Positions 38,326 through 50,975 of a stretch of DNA of 64,000 bases are shown here, one piece after another. The notes below the pieces were generated by a model. The model searched no databases and was not told the DNA's origin. It saw nothing but the letters and a program-made list of their open reading frames with translations. The DNA comes from Phoronis australis (lineage: Eukaryota; Animalia; Phoronida). Every line of letters starts with the position of its first letter. Position 1 is the stretch's first letter. Both the position numbers and the translations under genes were made by a program. Where the stretch lies: contig NMRA01000098.1 in assembly GCA_002633005.1 (NCBI GenBank), positions 793,042 through 857,041 on the forward strand. The letters are read 5' to 3'.

Positions 38326-38571
38326 TTTGTCAGACCAACATTATACTCGCAAGCCAGAACATAATACAGTAGTGCAATAGTTTCCAACGTCTTGTATTCA
38401 GCTTTTGGTAAGATTACTCACTTTTGTACAATAGTCTGCATGAAAGATGGCTTAATTTCCTTTTTCCGTAAAGTTGGTTGAGTTACACGGTAATTCCAAT
38501 GCTTTGCATTATCCATTTAACCTTTAACTGCTTCTGTACTCCATGTGCAATTGCCAAACTACAAGTGTAGC

Positions 38572-38765
38572 AGTAGTATAGTAAGAGGTTTAGGTCGCCT
38601 GCTTTGAGGGTCTCGGTCAAAGGTCATCTATGTGAAAGGAGGTCACGTGGTATAACTGCGATCGGGACACCTACCGGACAGATGTGTCAGTGACGTCATG
38701 ACGTAATAGGTTTAATTAGAGAAGCAACTCGTTTTGCGGCTCCTAGCAACGGATTGAAACAAAAG
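38572..38765 (+). mobile_element. Truncated solo Polinton terminal repeat
   Basis: Starts AGTAGTATAGTAAG and aligns with 39450-39640 and the reverse complement of about 44500-44688. Confidence 0.75.
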
Positions 38766-40985
38766 ANAGAACAGATGCATCGTACTTGTCAACGGGATTG
38801 TATTGTATCTTTCCCGTACAGATCTTCTCCCTCAACAGGAATCAGAATTTCTTTGTATATGTGAAAACTGCGAATCGAAGACGGACGCCGCCCGGACGGA
38901 CGGACGGACGAACAGAGATGACGGCATAATGCGTCCACATATAAATATGTGGGCGCATAATTATAGCGGTCAGACAGAATATGCTTTTTTGCATTATTAT
39001 TCCAATCCCATCTACATCATTATTAGTTTTTACTTAAATTTGTAACCAATATTATTATTCCAGTCTATACTATGTTTAAATTTCCAAAAATTTGCCGTCT
39101 ATACCATTATTCCATTCTATACTTAATTATTATTTTTTTTCGACAATTTCCGGTCTATATTATTATTCTACTTTTCTAGTGGCAAAAATGTTGGGTCTGT
39201 ACTATTATTAGTCTCTACTATTATTAAAAATCGTGAAATTTTCCAGTCTATACTATTATTGCTGTCTCTACTACTATTCGGAACTCCAGAGTAACATCAT
39301 AAGGAGTCAGCTGATGAATGTGAAAGATAAGACCACGACAGAGAAAAAATCAAATGTGGTGTAAGGCATTTCATGCTCGGAACCAGATTGTGGGAAAGCA
39401 AACATTGGGGAAACCACACAAGCCCTGAAAAGTCGCATCAATCAACATCAGTAGTATAGTAAGTCATTTAGGAGTCTTACTTTGCGGGTCTCGGTCAAAG
39501 GTCATCTATGTGAAAGGAGGTCACGTGGTATAACTGCGATCGGGACACCTAGCGGACGGATGTGTCAATGACGTCATGACGTAATAGGTTTAATTAGACA
39601 GGCAACTCGTTTTGCGGCTCCTAGCAACGGATTGAAACAAAAGATGATAAGAACAAAACGTGAATTACCTTAGTTCGTGTGCGCCGAGTGTCGTTGTATA
39701 TTGTGTGTTTGTTTCATCAAAAACAAAGGAAAAAGGCGATAACCACCCAACCCAACAACAGATGTCGCGTAAAGTCTAACCCAGGCCCCGACGGTACTGA
39801 GCGAATCGTACTAATAATACTACTAATAATAAGAAGCGACCAGCTAACGCAGAACATAAAACCGATAGCGTTTAAACGTGTATTAATGACAAACCAACAC
39901 TACAAATATCATACAAATATAAAATCATCAAAACGTTCAGTAGTCTATAGCAAATTTATCAAATATCCAAATTAAATGTTAAAATCATCAAAACGTTCAG
40001 AAAAGTAGTCTATAGCAAATTGATCTTGTAGGTAGGTATAGTGTTGGGAATAGTCTGACCAACTAAGACAGAAAAGAAACTTTTCAGGTTTAACCGAGTA
40101 TTACTAACGGCATACAAAATAGAATAAAAGTAAATGAATGTAAAGTGTGACGTGAAGTTTTCGTTCACAAATATAAACATAGCAACGTCTGAGCTTTGGC
40201 AAATCTTACATAATCATTGCGTAAAGTCTGAGCCGACACAAACCCTAGGGTTGATTAAGTACAATTTGAACCCGTTTGCGAATTTTGCAATTCAATAGTG
40301 TGCTGGATACTTTAATAAATTTCACCAAACGTGTCTTTCTTGTTACTAGGTTCATTACGTGCGTTTCGAACCAGAGAACTGGGCACACACGCGTCGCAAA
40401 TAAATATTATCAATATGTTGAATACTTACACAAATTTCTCCAAACACGCCTTTCTTGATACTCCTTACGTGTATTTCGAACTTAACAACTGGGCACACAC
40501 GCGTCGTAAATAAATGATCGCCTATGTATTATTGGGTGCTACGCAACGTGTATAGAAACACCTCAAACGCCGGCAATATAAGTCGACCGAACACAGAAGA
40601 CCGATCATGCAGACTATTCCAAGATCTGAGTTTGCCAGATAGCGGTGAGTTATCCTTTACTTCTCTTAGCCAGAAATTTCGTTTCTTGTACCTGATATGC
40701 AGCCTTTCGTTGATTTGACCAACCGTCCATACTCTATATTTTATCTTATAGATAATTTTTTTTTTATTTTTAAATTTTGTAGGTTAACCATCCTCTGAAG
40801 CTGTTTTTCACCCACACTACCTCTGAGGTGAGTTTATCGTAAACAATTCAGATTAGTTCAATATTTTTATTTTCTTTTCCAAACATTCACACACGTCATC
40901 TACTGATTTTTCAAATTTAATTTAATAATCTCCGTATACGATCAGTTACAATGGGCGTTCACACGTTGAATTATACGAATTCCGG

Positions 40986-41438
40986 TTACATTAAACCGTC
41001 AACAAATTCCGAAACACAGCGATCGTTAGTTTTAGTGTCTTTATCAAACAAATTAGCGATAAAGTCCATGCTCCATCCTCGGCATCGGTATAACAAATAA
41101 AATATACAATATTGTCCACAAACTGTCGACGAAAGTCCCTGCAGTTGTCTGGTCTGAGTTGTCCATCCATTCGTATTTCTGTCGAGAAAATCTCGCAAGT
41201 GGTCCGATAGCGGCGCCAAGCCGTACGAATCAAAATATTCTCCTTTTCCATCCTGGGTTAGATAAATAGCCACCCAGTGCGTTCCGGGTTTGTGGCTAGG
41301 ATCGTAGTTGCACACGTAAGCATTCGGATGAGAAACGACACCGAGGTTACACAATTCATCACTCGCCAGACAACCACCAAAAACTTGTCCGACAAAGTCA
41401 TCATTTTCCAGGATCGCTGTAATCTGATCAGTCCTCAT
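40986..41438 (-). CDS. Polinton adenain-like cysteine protease (PRO), 150 aa
   Basis: Intact ORF with PGTHWVAI (His), YFDSYG (Asp) and Q...STVCGQYC (Gln/Cys). Its ATG overlaps the capsid stop codon (ATGA). Confidence 0.9.
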   Translation of the reverse strand: MRTDQITAILENDDFVGQVFGGCLASDELCNLGVVSHPNAYVCNYDPSHKPGTHWVAIYLTQDGKGEYFDSYGLAPLSDHLRDFLDRNTNGWTTQTRQLQGLSSTVCGQYCIFYLLYRCRGWSMDFIANLFDKDTKTNDRCVSEFVDGLM

Positions 41439-42142
41439 GGTGTGAAATCAAACAAGACGTTTCTAGCTCTGTCAATTTCCACAATGTTCTCAAACTCCGC
41501 GTAACAAACGGCGTTTATGGTAGAAGGCAGCGCCGACGCGAAATGAACTTCCAAACGAAGGTTTCCTTGTTTTATGAGGTTAAAGTGACCTCCATCCAAT
41601 AGGTCAGGGGTCAGATCAAAAGCAAACAGCGTGTTGCCCCCGGCGTAATCCAGACGTCCTATGTCGTTGCCTTCGTCTTCGTAATTCTGTCCCGTTCCCG
41701 AAAACAAGGTGGTGAAAGCTCTAACGAACTTCGATTGATCAAATTTCGGTTGTAGTGGTTTAGAAGGAACTTGCACCCCGTCGACGTAAAGAGACAGATA
41801 ATTGATGTTGTAATGTTTGAAATTGAAGGGGTTCTTGGCATACGATCCGTTATAGGCGTCTGTATCACAAAAGCCCACAATGACCCTCTTAGGAATTTGA
41901 CCTGAAAACAAATTCTCTAGCGTCATAGACAGGCGTACGGCTGGGATGGAAAACACTTTTGCATTTGACGTGTCGCAGAGGGTACTTTGATGTACTTTTT
42001 CTAGAGGGTCTTTATGTGTTCTAGCTGTACAGTGGGGCTGAGTTTCACTTTCCTGAAGAATAAGGCGACGTCTTGGATCTTGGTTTTGAAACTCGCACCC
42101 GCCATCTGGGACATGACGGCGAGCGAATTCTTGCTTCGCACC
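41435..42142 (-). pseudogene. Polinton double jelly-roll major capsid protein, C-terminal part, frameshifted and 5' truncated
   Basis: LFSGQIPKRVIVGF..AYNGSYAKNPFNFKHY...FAFDLTPD...GNLRLEVHFA...YAEF. Upstream, in another frame, RSKNSLAVM..FKTKIQDVALFFRKVKLSPTVQLEH followed by a stop. The N-terminus given in the ORF track is out of frame. Confidence 0.85.
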
Positions 42143-42996
42143 TGTAGAAGAAGCTGCATTAGCCAATCACAGACCGAGAATTTCAGTTCAGAAACTGGAG
42201 GTAGATATAAATGATATGCCTACTTCTGGTATCAGAGTAAGATATCCATGGCTAGGCAACATAGGTACAGCTACAACAGTTTCGTCCAAGTTACTAAAGT
42301 TGATGATATTAAATCTTATCGTGAAAAGACAGACACTATCAAAATGCTGTTGCATGCAAAACATGCATCGGAATGTTTTCGTATTTCCACGTGTCTGGAA
42401 ACGATCAAAGTGAAGTGAAGTCTAGAATTCCAAAAAATATGAAGTTATTAGAAAAACAACGATGTAATGATGAAAGAACATCATTAAGTTAAACGTTTTA
42501 TTTTTGGGGCTTCTTACAAAAACACCAACTTTCCGTTATTTCACAGAGGATTTATTATGGATATAACTGAAGGATAATGTGCCAAAGCAGGCTTGGTCAC
42601 CATTTCTCAGTTAAAGGGAAGGTGACTGTGTTTGTACTTTTTTCCTAAAATTTCAATTTTCTGGTAGTGCTCGAGGAATTTTCAGGTTAAGTAAATTCCC
42701 TAACTAATTATGCATTCGTCACTCCAAAAAGTTTATCATTTAGCATTGTGACGTAGTGTGTAATTTTATGACAACAAACATGTTCATTATTTAAAAGTAC
42801 GATATAGATCATAGAAGGGAGAGTTTGTTGAGAGAGATAGAGAGGTGATAGAAGGGGGAGTTTGTTGAGAGAGATATGTAGGTCACAAAAGGGAGTGTTT
42901 TTGGAAGAAGGCTGTCAGCTGTTGGGAAAGAGAGGCAGGAGGGTGGTGTTGACAGTTTAGTCATATAATTAGCATTGTTTTGTTTTTCAGTTTCCA

Positions 42997-43391
42997 ATGG
43001 AATCCACAAGTGCTGTTCAAGGTTCTGGTAGTAGATGCTGGAAAGTACTGGATTTCCGTGCAACTGAATCCCCTCCTTGGCGTGAGGATGGAAGCTTACC
43101 AAAAGTTTCCACGATGCTTAGTGAAATTGTTGGTTTTCGTGAAGAATGGTTCGAAATAAAAAAGAAGTATGCAAATAAGGATGTTGACGAAGTATTAGAC
43201 GAAATGAGAACAAGTTTTATTTACCGTGTCAATGTTGGAGAAGAAATCGGAACTCAAACCCTGGAAGAGACGAAGGCAGTTCTGAGGGAACAAACAAACA
43301 CTCCCAGTCTCAGGAGATCCAGTTCAAAGAGTGCGACTGAAACTGTGAATATTAAGCTAGCAATGGATTACATGGCTGACCTTTTGAAACA
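42997..43391 (+). CDS. Fic/Doc-family-like protein, N-terminal half (runs into assembly gap)
   Basis: 131 open codons up to the gap. FIYRVNVGEEIGTQTLEETKAVL...KSATETVNIKLAMDYM parallels the Fic N-terminal consensus F.Y.SN.IEGNTLT..ET..LL...KS..E..N...A..Y. Acceptor-like ttgtttttcag lies just before the ATG. The catalytic HPFxxGNGR motif is not visible. Confidence 0.6.
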
Positions 43392-45844
43392 NNNNNNNNN
43401 NNNNNNNNNNNNNNNNNNNNNNNNNNNNNNNNNNNNNNNNNNNNNNNNNNNNNNNNNNNNNNNNNNNNNNNNNNNNNNNNNNNNNNNNNNNNNNNNNNNN
43501 NNNNNNNNNNNNNNNNNNNNNNNNNNNNNNNNNNNNNNNNNNNNNNNNNNNNNNNNNNNNNNNNNNNNNNNNNNNNNNNNNNNNNNNNNNNNNNNNNNNN
43601 NNNNNNNNNNNNNNNNNNNNNNNNNNNNNNNNNNNNNNNNNNNNNNNNNNNNNNNNNNNNNNNNNNNNNNNNNNNNNNNNNNNNNNNNNNNNNNNNNNNN
43701 NNNNNNNNNNNNNNNNNNNNNNNNNNNNNNNNNNNNNNNNNNNNNNNNNNNNNNNNNNNNNNNNNNNNNNNNNNNNNNNNNNNNNNNNNNNNNNNNNNNN
43801 NNNNNNNNNNNNNNNNNNNNNNNNNNNNNNNNNNNNNNNNNNNNNNNNNNNNNNNNNNNNNNNNNNNNNNNNNNNNNNNNNNNNNNNNNNNNNNNNNNNN
43901 NNNNNNNNNNNNNNNNNNNNNNNNNNNNNNNNNNNNNNNNNNNNNNNNNNNNNNNNNNNNNNNNNNNNNNNNNNNNNNNNNNNNNNNNNNNNNNNNNNNN
44001 NNNNNNNNNNNNNNNNNNNNNNNNNNNNNNNNNNNNNNNNNNNNNNNNNNNNNNNNNNNNNNNNNNNNNNNNNNNNNNNNNNNNNNNNNNNNNNNNNNNN
44101 NNNNNNNNNNNNNNNNNNNNNNNNNNNNNNNNNNNNNNNNNNNNNNNNNNNNNNNNNNNNNNNNNNNNNNNNNNNNNNNNNNNNNNNNNNNNNNNNNNNN
44201 NNNNAATTTGTTATAGACTTCCGAACGTTTTGATGATTTTATATTTGTATGATATTTGTAGTGTTGGTTTGTCATTAATACACGTTTAAACGCTATCGGT
44301 TTTATGTTCTGCGTTAGCTGGTCGCTTCTTCTTATTATTAGTATTACGAGTACGATTCGCTCAGTACCGTCGGGTCCTGGGTTAGACTTTACACGACATC
44401 TGTTGTTGGGTTGGATACGCCTTTTGTTTTTGATGAGACAAACACACAATATACAACGACAGGCACACGAACTCATCCACGTTTTGTTATCATCCCTCTT
44501 TTGTTTCAATCCGTTGCTAGGAGCCGCAAAACGAGGTGTCTAACCAATTAAACCTATGACGTCATGACGTCATTGACACATCCGTCCGGTAGGTGTCACG
44601 ATCGCAGTTATACCACGTGACCTTTCACATAGATGACCTTTGACCGAGACCCTCAAAACAGGGCGGCTAAACCTCTTACTATACTACTGACCTAAGGTTA
44701 CTATATTCGTGGACAATTGCGGTCAACAGGGTCAACTAACTGACAAAACGTGTGTGGATCTGCTGAAGCCCCGTGTGTGCTCTATGACTATGCAGTTCCA
44801 TTCGGAGACTAGACAACATTACTTGGTAAGTTTTTAGCAACCAGTTTCTATCAACATCGTTCGGTGATTTTATCCCCACCAGTTACCCCATTGAATAACA
44901 GTCTTTTTGGAAACTCACCCGATGCCGGGTATGCTAGCAGCACATATTGTCCTGGGTGGGAGTACTCCCAAAATAAGAGGTGTATGGTACGTGATGCACA
45001 GAAGTCAAGTGACTTTTTCACAGCAGTTTCTCTTCAAAACTATGCTGTTTCCAATATAATTCTCTAGATGAGTGAGTTTCCTTATTTTATCGTGGACCCC
45101 ACTCCCAGGACCACCAGCTCAGTTATCGAATTAACATGAATAAGCCTTAATTCAGTAAATGTCGTAACATTGCATTGGAAAAAAATTGACACCTAAAATG
45201 AATTTTACTTGTTGAGATCAGAAGCACATTTTAAGTGTCAAGAAAAATACACATTGTTAAATCACTTTTAGCCTGTTTCACATACCGATATTTTAATTCA
45301 GATATTAAATAAGACTCGGGTACAAAGGTTATTAGTTTCTACAAATAAACATGAAGATGAAATGTCAAGTATGTTCTGCCTTACAAAAGTAGTTTTGTCT
45401 TGTCTTTTCTCTTACAATTTGCTAATATTTCTATTCTGTTACAGGCAAGAAAAAACAACTAAAACCAACCACCTGACCATCTATTTCTCCATTGGACAAA
45501 GTGAAAAGCAATCCTTCAGAAATAACCTGAGAGAATTGAACATCATTCAGAAATTCAGCACCTGAAATTACTGATTATGGACTTCCTCGCAATGTTGTTT
45601 CGTTCTGTGCTTTTTCAGTTTGCCATTTGTTTTTAAATACACTGATAATTGTTTATTCTCGAATCTTGTGCATACCAGATTCGTATCCAGCTAGCTACAA
45701 TTGAAAACATACAATAAGACAATCGATGCAGTCACTGAATGTCATTTCCCCATAATCTGTACCAAATTAAAAAGTTTTTACCAATAGTATAAAGCCTTTC
45801 TTCTGAAAGGAAAATTTAATGTCACTCAGCTTTTGGCTTTCATT

Positions 45845-47882
45845 TCACTGGGTTCTGGTTTCAATGGCCTATAGAAGCGCTTGTAAAAAAGGTCCAGTTT
45901 CAACACGTAGCTTTCTTTCATGTAACCTCATTCAGGGTCAATAACATCCACAGTTGAAGGTGAATACAGCAGCATGTCACTTGAATCGTTTTGATCCCAA
46001 AATTAGACTCTGAACTAGACCAGAGTGTGACTAGGTCTTCTTTAGCTTCAATTCCTCATGTTTCTTCCAGGAAAGGAAAAAAGCTATTGTCCACACATGA
46101 CTCATTGTCTATGAAAGGGCATCATCACCAACAAGGCTTATTTGTGTAGCAGTCAGATATAGTTCATCTGGATACACAGACATTCCACTGGCACATTTTC
46201 TTATGGTAACTTAGTACTGCGATTCACATTTCTCCAGGGCCACTGACTTGCGCATTGTGCCATGCAGCACTGGTGGTGTGTGGAAGTGCTGTGGGAAGAG
46301 AACGGAGTAACAAAGCTTGTCTATGATACAGCTTGAAGTGGCCTTAAAATGACACTGAACCTGTAACAAATATTGAAATATGAAAAATTAAGTACTCCAG
46401 ATTGAATCAAAAATGTTATCCCTGTTTTTCAAAAATATATGGTGATTGGTCTACAGTTTCACATAAAAGTAAATAATTACTATTTTCAGAAAGCAATAGT
46501 GTATATAATGAGTATTGCATAAAACTGTGTCTTTATTTTTTATCCCTTGCCATAACAATTATTTAAACGCATCACTTGTCTTTAAAATATACAATTTTTT
46601 TGAGACAACTTCAAACCTTTGTTACCCATTTTCAAGCCTTTTTGATTTTGATTTATTCAGCAATTTTAAACTAAGATTACAGGTTCATGGGTCTGTCAAG
46701 CATACTTCTAGCCTAAGGTTGAGGGAATCGTTTTTCTTCTAATAGAAGAAATGAAGACTTGGGTCATTTAAAAATGATGGATAATCTTTCTGTTGTTTAA
46801 GAGTAATTACAAATCGTAAGGCACCATCAAAAATGCAATTTTCACAAGAATGGCAGTCATTTGAATTTATAACGACTTGCAACATTTCAAGGCATGAGTT
46901 AAGACTATTCAGTCACTGTGAATTCGGAAAATGTAATATATTTTCGTGCTTTTACAATTGATACAAGTAGCAAAACAGTTTCATGAAATCAACATGAAGG
47001 GACTTCGTGAAGGTTAAGAATTACCTCACCATGCTCTTTTCCCGAAACATGTATTACCTGTTATTTCCACACATTCAGTTGTATCAAATATTACAATCCC
47101 CCATGCCCATCCCCCCTCGGGACCTGAATAAGTAATTTAACAAAATGAATTTAAAAATATCTGTTCCTTTTCAAAGGCTTTGTTCGTTGTCTCCAATATT
47201 GAAAGTAGGCTTTGGCAACAGATCTGCACTGGATGGGAAGATCTTGTTGGTTAGCTGCAGTCAAATACTAAAAACCAATTTTTGTCCATTCAGGGACGGT
47301 GCAGAAGCGATGCAAATCTCCTCTGCACGGTACAAGCCTTCAAACCTAAAAACCAAATGTAACGTGAAAACTGACGTGATAGATTTCCATTTCAACGTTT
47401 AATAGATTTCCAGAAGACATATGATAGGGAGTAAACAAATAGTCTAATGCAATGGATATTTATCACTCACGTACCCTTTGCCATTGGGATTGGATTGTAA
47501 TCTTAACACATTAACCTGTATCGAGTTGACAGCATGAACATTCAGCATTGATTGATGTAACTGTCACTGATAAACTTTTAGAAATCATTTCAAACAATAA
47601 TAATGCTTTGATGTACGAAAAGATCCCGATTGCTACGTCAAGTATCGTATCACATATCACAACATACGAATATTAACCAGACTCTGGCTGGCGACTGACT
47701 GCCGCGAAGTCGACATCGGCGAGTGCCTCAGTTAACAGGCATCGGTAGAATAATCATGGAATAATCGTTAAAATTATCACAAACCTTACCTTTGTATGAG
47801 GTCGTGCTTACTTCCTCTCATAGAAGCACCCTTTTTACGCAATCTCAGATTCAGTTGGCACGGCTGCAAGCCACTTCACCAT
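45845..47882 (-). pseudogene. Decayed multi-exon SAP + YqaJ (lambda-exonuclease-like) gene of a DNA transposon (ISL2EU/Kolobok-type)
   Basis: LRLRKKGASMRGSKHDLIQ(R) ends at a GTAAGG donor (about 47789) and continues FEGLY after an acceptor (about 47346). The last exon from about 46361 gives PVLHG....ALEKCESQY.VTIRKC..G.SVYPD..YL.A...LVGDD and KLDLFYKRFYRP. Many stops and frameshifts. Confidence 0.55.
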
Positions 47883-50439
47883 GTTTAAAGGGCTCGCGAA
47901 ATCGAGGCTGTTAATCTATCACCACAAGTACACGCACGCCCTCTAGTTATTGTAGATTTTCCGAATAGCCCCATTGGCCTGTTTGTTGTCATACGGGACA
48001 ATAGACTGAGCTGGGCAGTTAACAAAGGAGCCAGATGTTATCGCACGTTCAGAACCCTCACGTGTGGAAAAGTTGCCGAACGACAGAACACTGTCATAAC
48101 AGTCAGATTTTTGAGGTCACATTTCTCGAAAACGTGCAAGTCAAACTTTGGAAACTTTTTAGATTCTTAAAGTATAGTACTTAATGACCTTAAAAACAAC
48201 AAAACTATCTTTCCCTCAAAAAGTAGCCACGGAAGTGATTTTTCTAGGCTTCTTAGAGTCCAATGGACTGTGGCCTTTTGAACTGCTGGAGCACTTCTTG
48301 CAGTGGAGCTCTGTTCTGCAACCTGGCGTTCAGTAAGGCTTCTCGGATTATTGCCCCTGCATATACCACTTTTGTGACACTAGGCGTACGTTCAGTAACG
48401 CTAAGACCTACGCTAGGGAGTAGCCAAAATCTAGCCAAAGTAACGTGTTCTCATATAAAATACACGGCAATGTCTTACGTAATAACGCGAAGTCTTGCTT
48501 TTTAGCGAGGTCCTAGCGTTATTGAACGGGAGGCAGGAATTTCTGTTTGCACGACCTTTACACTTTCCCGGCTCCGCATGCTCTCTCTTCGCAGTCGAAA
48601 CACAGCATGATTATAACGTGTCCTTCCATTCAGATCATTGCCCGTGACGGTGGTGGTGAGGTAAGACAAAGCCACGGTAGTACAAATGACGTATGTTTCG
48701 TAAACAGCATCGAAGCTAAGTGAGATCTCACCTCAATCTAAATTCGATTGTTTAGTATAACGTCACTCTGACGCTTTGGGTCCATTAATATACAATTGAA
48801 AGTCCAAATTTAAAAGCAACTACATGTATAAGGATTTGGCCTGATCTTCTGTTATGAAAGCTTTGTAAGTACGGAATTTGTGCAACTGTTCACGGTTTGC
48901 TTAAGTCGTACCTTTTAAACAAAACCTGTAGAGGGCGGGTGGACCGTGTATAATGCTAATGTGCCACAGCACTGGGTACGTTGTTCATCTAACCCACTGG
49001 ATGTATTCTGAAATGCTTCTAAGGACTGACCTTATGCATCTGTTATCTTTCCATTTACCAAAGACAAAGCCGAAAATTCTATATTTTCTACAAAGGCACG
49101 GTACCTTGATTTATTGTATGATTGGTCAGTCAAATGTCGCATGGAGCTCTAATCATCCAAAACTCATAATATAACGTGTTCATTAAAAGTTGCTCACAAT
49201 ATTGACAAACACCCAAGATTGCAATTGTACAATTGTTGTAGGAGCCATGGGCTTAGAACACACGGGTTGTCGGATATATTACGTTTATTCACAATCTAAG
49301 AAAACGTTGTACTGTCAATCCGGCAAGGACGGGTTCTGTGACACAAATATAATGGACAAATAAATCTCAAGAAATACGTTCACGTTACAATACAATGAAG
49401 ATACGCGGTAATTACAACATGTCCTGAAGAGTCTTGTACAATACGAGAAACAGCCAGTGAACTCTACGTATGTACTGAGAAAAAAATAGTATAAACTTAC
49501 ACTAATATTGACTCTAGGCTCCATGAAATCATCTTTAGCGTTAAGCGTTAGAATACATGTAGCGGTTCATGAGAATAAGCCCGGATCTAAAAGAGAGTAG
49601 AGCTTCACAAGACCGGACGATATCGCCTTCTGTTCTTGCTGTACTTATGGTGTGGACGTGGATCGAGCGGCAGGACCTGGTTGGAAGGCGGTAACGTTCT
49701 TCTTGTGGAGATGATGGCAACAGCGTCATTGACTTCTGCTCGGATCGTAGTAGAGTAGATGAGGGCGAAGCCCTCGGACCTCGCCTTCTGTCCTCGCTGT
49801 GTTTGGTGTGGACGTTGAGCGGACGACGTGGAGCTGAAAGACAGGCGATGTTGTACTTCTTCTTTGATGATGGGACGCTGGCTGGATGGCAACAGCGTTG
49901 TTGACTTCTTTGACGCGTATGACGCCGGCTTAACTGAATGGCAACAGCAGTCATGCCTGTCCTTGGTTGTCTTTAGACTGCCCGGTCGGGACTGTTACCA
50001 GTAGAGCTGGGCCAGAACCCATGGAGCTCCTGGTATAGGCTTGTCCCTGGAATTCGGCTTGATGGTTGTCTTTATACTGCCTGGTTCGGACCGGAACGTA
50101 GTTTATAAATAAACAAGCCCATTTACACATGTAACAATACGCAACCCTACGCAATCCGGAATAAAAATAGTGCATCAACAATTGTTATTCTAATGTTCTT
50201 CAAAGCACGCTCATCCGATACAATGTTCGGCATTTTCGTGAAGACCTTATAATACACATATAAGTAATGCTTGAGAAACGTTTGTGTCGCCAAATCGGAC
50301 CTTTGTCTTTTCTAACGGAAATTTAAGGAACTCACTGTTTTGAATAGGCTAAACCACTCTTGCGTAGGGCCTATGCAATGAAGGTAAAATTTCTTTCCTC
50401 TACGGCTCTGTGAATGATTCACTACAAAATTGAAACCAT

Positions 50440-50975
50440 AATCATCGAAACCAATAAATACCACAAAGGCTCCAGATTTTCCTAGTTCAATCGGCAACAT
50501 TCGCGGCATTACGTAGGTCCCGAAATGTACCAACTGGAATCAACTAATGCGCATGCCTATAAGGCCGCTGACAACATCACCAGGACGCTTACACCAAATA
50601 AAAACAGCAACTGTAGAGGCAGAGTGGAGCAGTTCACACTACAATGTCATTGTTTACACTCTAATCCAATATAATAACCAAAAACAATTATAATTAATTT
50701 CACATACAACTATAATGATTTGGACAAATGGAAGGAAATTGGAAGGTCCCCTTGAAATGTTGACCTATTTTTCTTGTACCCAATCAGCGCTCCTCTGGAG
50801 TAATGTTGCTGTTTTTAGTTTATGTAGGCCTTATGGTGACGTCAGCGGCCTCATGAGCACGCGCATTAATTGATGCCAAATGGAACATTTCAAGATCTAC
50901 GCTTTGCCGTGAATGTTGTCGATTGAACTAGAATATTCTGGAGGTAATTTTGGAATTTATTGGGTTCGATGTCAA
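50440..50975. repeat. Fold-back element, about 170 bp imperfect inverted arms
   Basis: ctagttcaatcggcaacattc...aatgcgcatgc..ggccgctgac..aaaaacagcaac is mirrored at about 50800-50975. Confidence 0.6.

Larger units (their letters stand above)
39450..44688. mobile_element. Polinton/Maverick, internally deleted (about 5.2 kb including an 813 nt gap)
   Basis: Long TIRs (39450-~39960 and 44205-44688) with AGTAGT...ACTACT termini, enclosing an adenain protease and a major capsid fragment. No matching 6 bp TSD. No polymerase, integrase or ATPase visible. Confidence 0.8.

Noticed and set aside
43352-44543. Long ORFs spanning the first gap (385 aa minus strand; full 430 aa plus strand) and ORFs within the TIR
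   Set aside because: Length is inflated by N runs, and the non-N parts on the right are TIR sequence. Only 42997-43391 looks coding.
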